A stretch of 63,985 bases of DNA, counting the filler, from Choristocarpus tenellus KU-1152 (Eukaryota > Protista > Phaeophyceae): NCBI GenBank assembly GCA_964200185.2. It is 8 parts of 8 records of this genome, joined end to end, with 100 filler letters (N's around TTAATTAATTAA, not from the genome) between each part and the next. Parts side by side here need not be neighbours in the genome. Positions count along the whole stretch, not along the records: positions 61,464 to 63,985 come from CAXNAD020027099.1; 7 more parts are not named here. The stretch is one strand, 5' to 3'. The position numbers and the translations under genes are program-made. The notes beneath the pieces are model-generated. The model worked only from the letters and a program-made list of their open reading frames with translations, was not told where the DNA came from and searched no databases. Positions 61,790 to 63,985 of this stretch are shown piece after piece. How positions within the stretch are numbered: position 1 is the stretch's first letter; every line of letters starts with the position of its first letter.

Positions 61790-63880
61790 AGCCTTGGCTT
61801 TCCTGGCATGCCCCTAATTAATGGAGTACTCAGTATCATCAACGATACACATCCATACCATATGTGTTGATTTAATAGCTGCCGCCCGCCAAAATCTTGT
61901 GGGAATAATGTATGACCAACAGTACCCCCTGTTCTCCTCAACCTGTTCCTCACATGCATCACACAGATACCACATGAATGTTGTTAATTCAATGGCAGCC
62001 CTCTGCACCTCACCTCCTCTATCTCTTGGAACCAGCATCCCTTATCCTAGATCAGTCATTACTCTACCCAATCGCATCTATTGACACTCATAATTTGCCA
62101 GAAAAAAATAGTCCAACAGACCACTCAGCGAGCTGCACCATTTGATAGGAGAGAAAGCGCCTTCCCCTTCCCTCCCAGATCCTGTTCCTGCCAATATAGT
62201 AAGGGGTCCAATTGTGTTGCAATATTTCTACCACTTTTCTAGGCCATCGAGAAATTCCATCTATATTTCCCCCCCTGGACATGTTTGCAACAAGACACCA
62301 ACCCCCATCAATCTCAATATGTATCCCGATGCCAAGGTCAACGACCCTGCTCTGGGCTCTCTGGCACCCCCACACCTATTCACCCAAGCCACTGCAGACA
62401 CATTGTCAACCTTGATCATCACCGATTCCCTTCAGTATTCAGTCTATCCTGTTGAAAGGAAACTATTACCCAAGCCATACTGCCGCGCCTATCAATATCA
62501 ACATACTGATCGTGGCATGCGGCAAGGCCGTGTCTCTCTTCAAAGCCCCAGATAACGTTTTTGGCAGATCTCGCTGTCACCATATACACATCTCCGGATA
62601 GTGTCCTCCAATCGCCTCAATACTGGCGACTGATCACCATTTGTGGCTATCCTATGGATAAGAGAATCAAATAGGGTACCCAACGACTCTCTTGATACCA
62701 ACAGCTTGGTATGTACTGCCCGTTTGCCCCAAGTTAGTTCGCGTAGAACTCTGGTCTCAAATGTACTTCATCATGGTTCCTCATCACCCCCAACACCGCT
62801 GCACCTCTTTTGGTATGTAAACTTCTGTGTCTCAACAATCATATACAAACGCCCTATATGTACTACAAAAATTGAGTTCCGAAAGTACCCTGTTGAGCAT
62901 CGCTATTCCTTTGGGCGTATCTACCATTAACTTTAGCACCCATAGCTTGAGCATCTCAATGAATACAGCAACTTTCTCAAGAGGCACCATCGATCACATC
63001 ATGTTGAGTGTTTGTGTGCCACTCCATTACACTTGTCACCACACGCCGACCCACATTCTTTTGAACAGATGAGATAGGTCTATCCCCAGGTTCAGCCAGT
63101 CCAAGCAATCGGATGCCATCACAATCTGTGGACTGTGATGCCAATAAACCCCTCCCATGTAGGAAATATATCTTGTCTATAATCAAATCACCTACGTACG
63201 TCATGACCCCAAAATCGTCATGATTTACCCAGACTCTTTCTCCTTGACTAATGCTAACATGCCTGCTTACCAAAAATGGTCACACAAACCATCTGACACA
63301 GCCCTTTGCATCACCCCCACCTCATCCCATGCATGCATCCCGGGGTCTGTCAGAGACAATAGACTGCTGGCCCCATCTCAAACCGAGTCTCGGATCCGAC
63401 TGGGAGGGATACTACTAGTGTGTCTCCAGCGCAGGAGGAAGAAATGGGGGAAAGACCATTGTCCACTTTTCAATACTCCTACCTCACCCTAAACTCTGAT
63501 CTATGTTAAAGGCCTCCGCTGTTTTTTCCAGTTTAGTAGCAGAGCTTGGTGCAAGGCAGAGCATGAACATCTCCACTTGCGTAGCTTGTGCCTTCCATAC
63601 CCTTAACAACCCACCTAAACACCTGTTGGATATAGTTCTTTCCCTTCCAATCCCATATCTCAACACCATCCCATAGTTTTTAAATGGGCATCCAGTGCCA
63701 ACTTGGTAGCATGCCCTCCTTAGTGTTGTGGTGGGTTTTTCTTTCGCCATATTCCACCCTATTACATTGAAAAGGGAGTTCGCTACATCATCACGGATAC
63801 TGCCTAAAACCTCCTTTATTACTGAAATAGGTTAGTCTCCATCATTGCAGTCGGCACACAATACTTGTCTCTCAGCACAA
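61790..63880 (-). mobile_element. Decayed DIRS/Ngaro-like tyrosine-recombinase retrotransposon (RT - RNase H - start of YR)
   Basis: Degenerate RT motif TYVGD...RLLGLAEPG (~63200-63090). DIRS-type RNase H: IKVDNVSAVAWVNRCGGAREPRA...EIDGGWC...DGISRWPR (~62420-62235). Then IELTTFMWYLC, resembling a YR N-terminus (~61990). Many stops and frameshifts. Confidence 0.75.
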
Positions 63881-63900
63881 GCATTTGGTGGAACAGGGAA

Positions 63901-63985
63901 GACCCAAAGTATCTGGGGGGGGGGGGTCTACACTAGGGTGTCCATTTGGGTCAAAACTAGGAAAAGTGTATTTACATTATCCATC
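63901..63985 (+). mobile_element. MITE family B (cut by window edge)
   Basis: GACCCAAAGTATCTGGGG...GTCTACAC...TTACATTATCCATC matches 7182-7270. Confidence 0.9.

Overview
This is eukaryotic, intron-rich DNA, not prokaryotic. By inference it comes from a brown alga or a close stramenopile relative: tandem WSC domains, an axonemal dynein, TTAGGG repeats, and DIRS/Ngaro and RLE-LINE relics. Seven identical 100-nt linkers (44 N + TTAATTAATTAA + 44 N) split the window into eight contigs, so adjacency across them is not evidence. Recognisable host genes are a WSC x3 + Kre9-like Ig cell-wall protein, an ATG16-like WD40 fragment, an outer-arm dynein heavy chain fragment, a cNMP-binding protein fragment, an SRFR1/TTC13-like TPR protein, a large unknown multi-exon gene and a HERC1/2-like RCC1 protein. 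About 19 copies or ends of two related TIR MITE families are scattered through the window, some with 4-bp TSDs. The most unusual locus is 1.3-9.2 kb: a phase-consistent 8-exon gene (~1,200 aa, with about 4 lesions) carrying a ParB/Srx-like CLNGQHR motif. Its 3.1-kb first intron holds a ~19 x 78-bp palindrome-rich tandem array, an old MITE and an antisense, tandemly amplified relic of its own paralog. All calls are by eye; no database searches were run.
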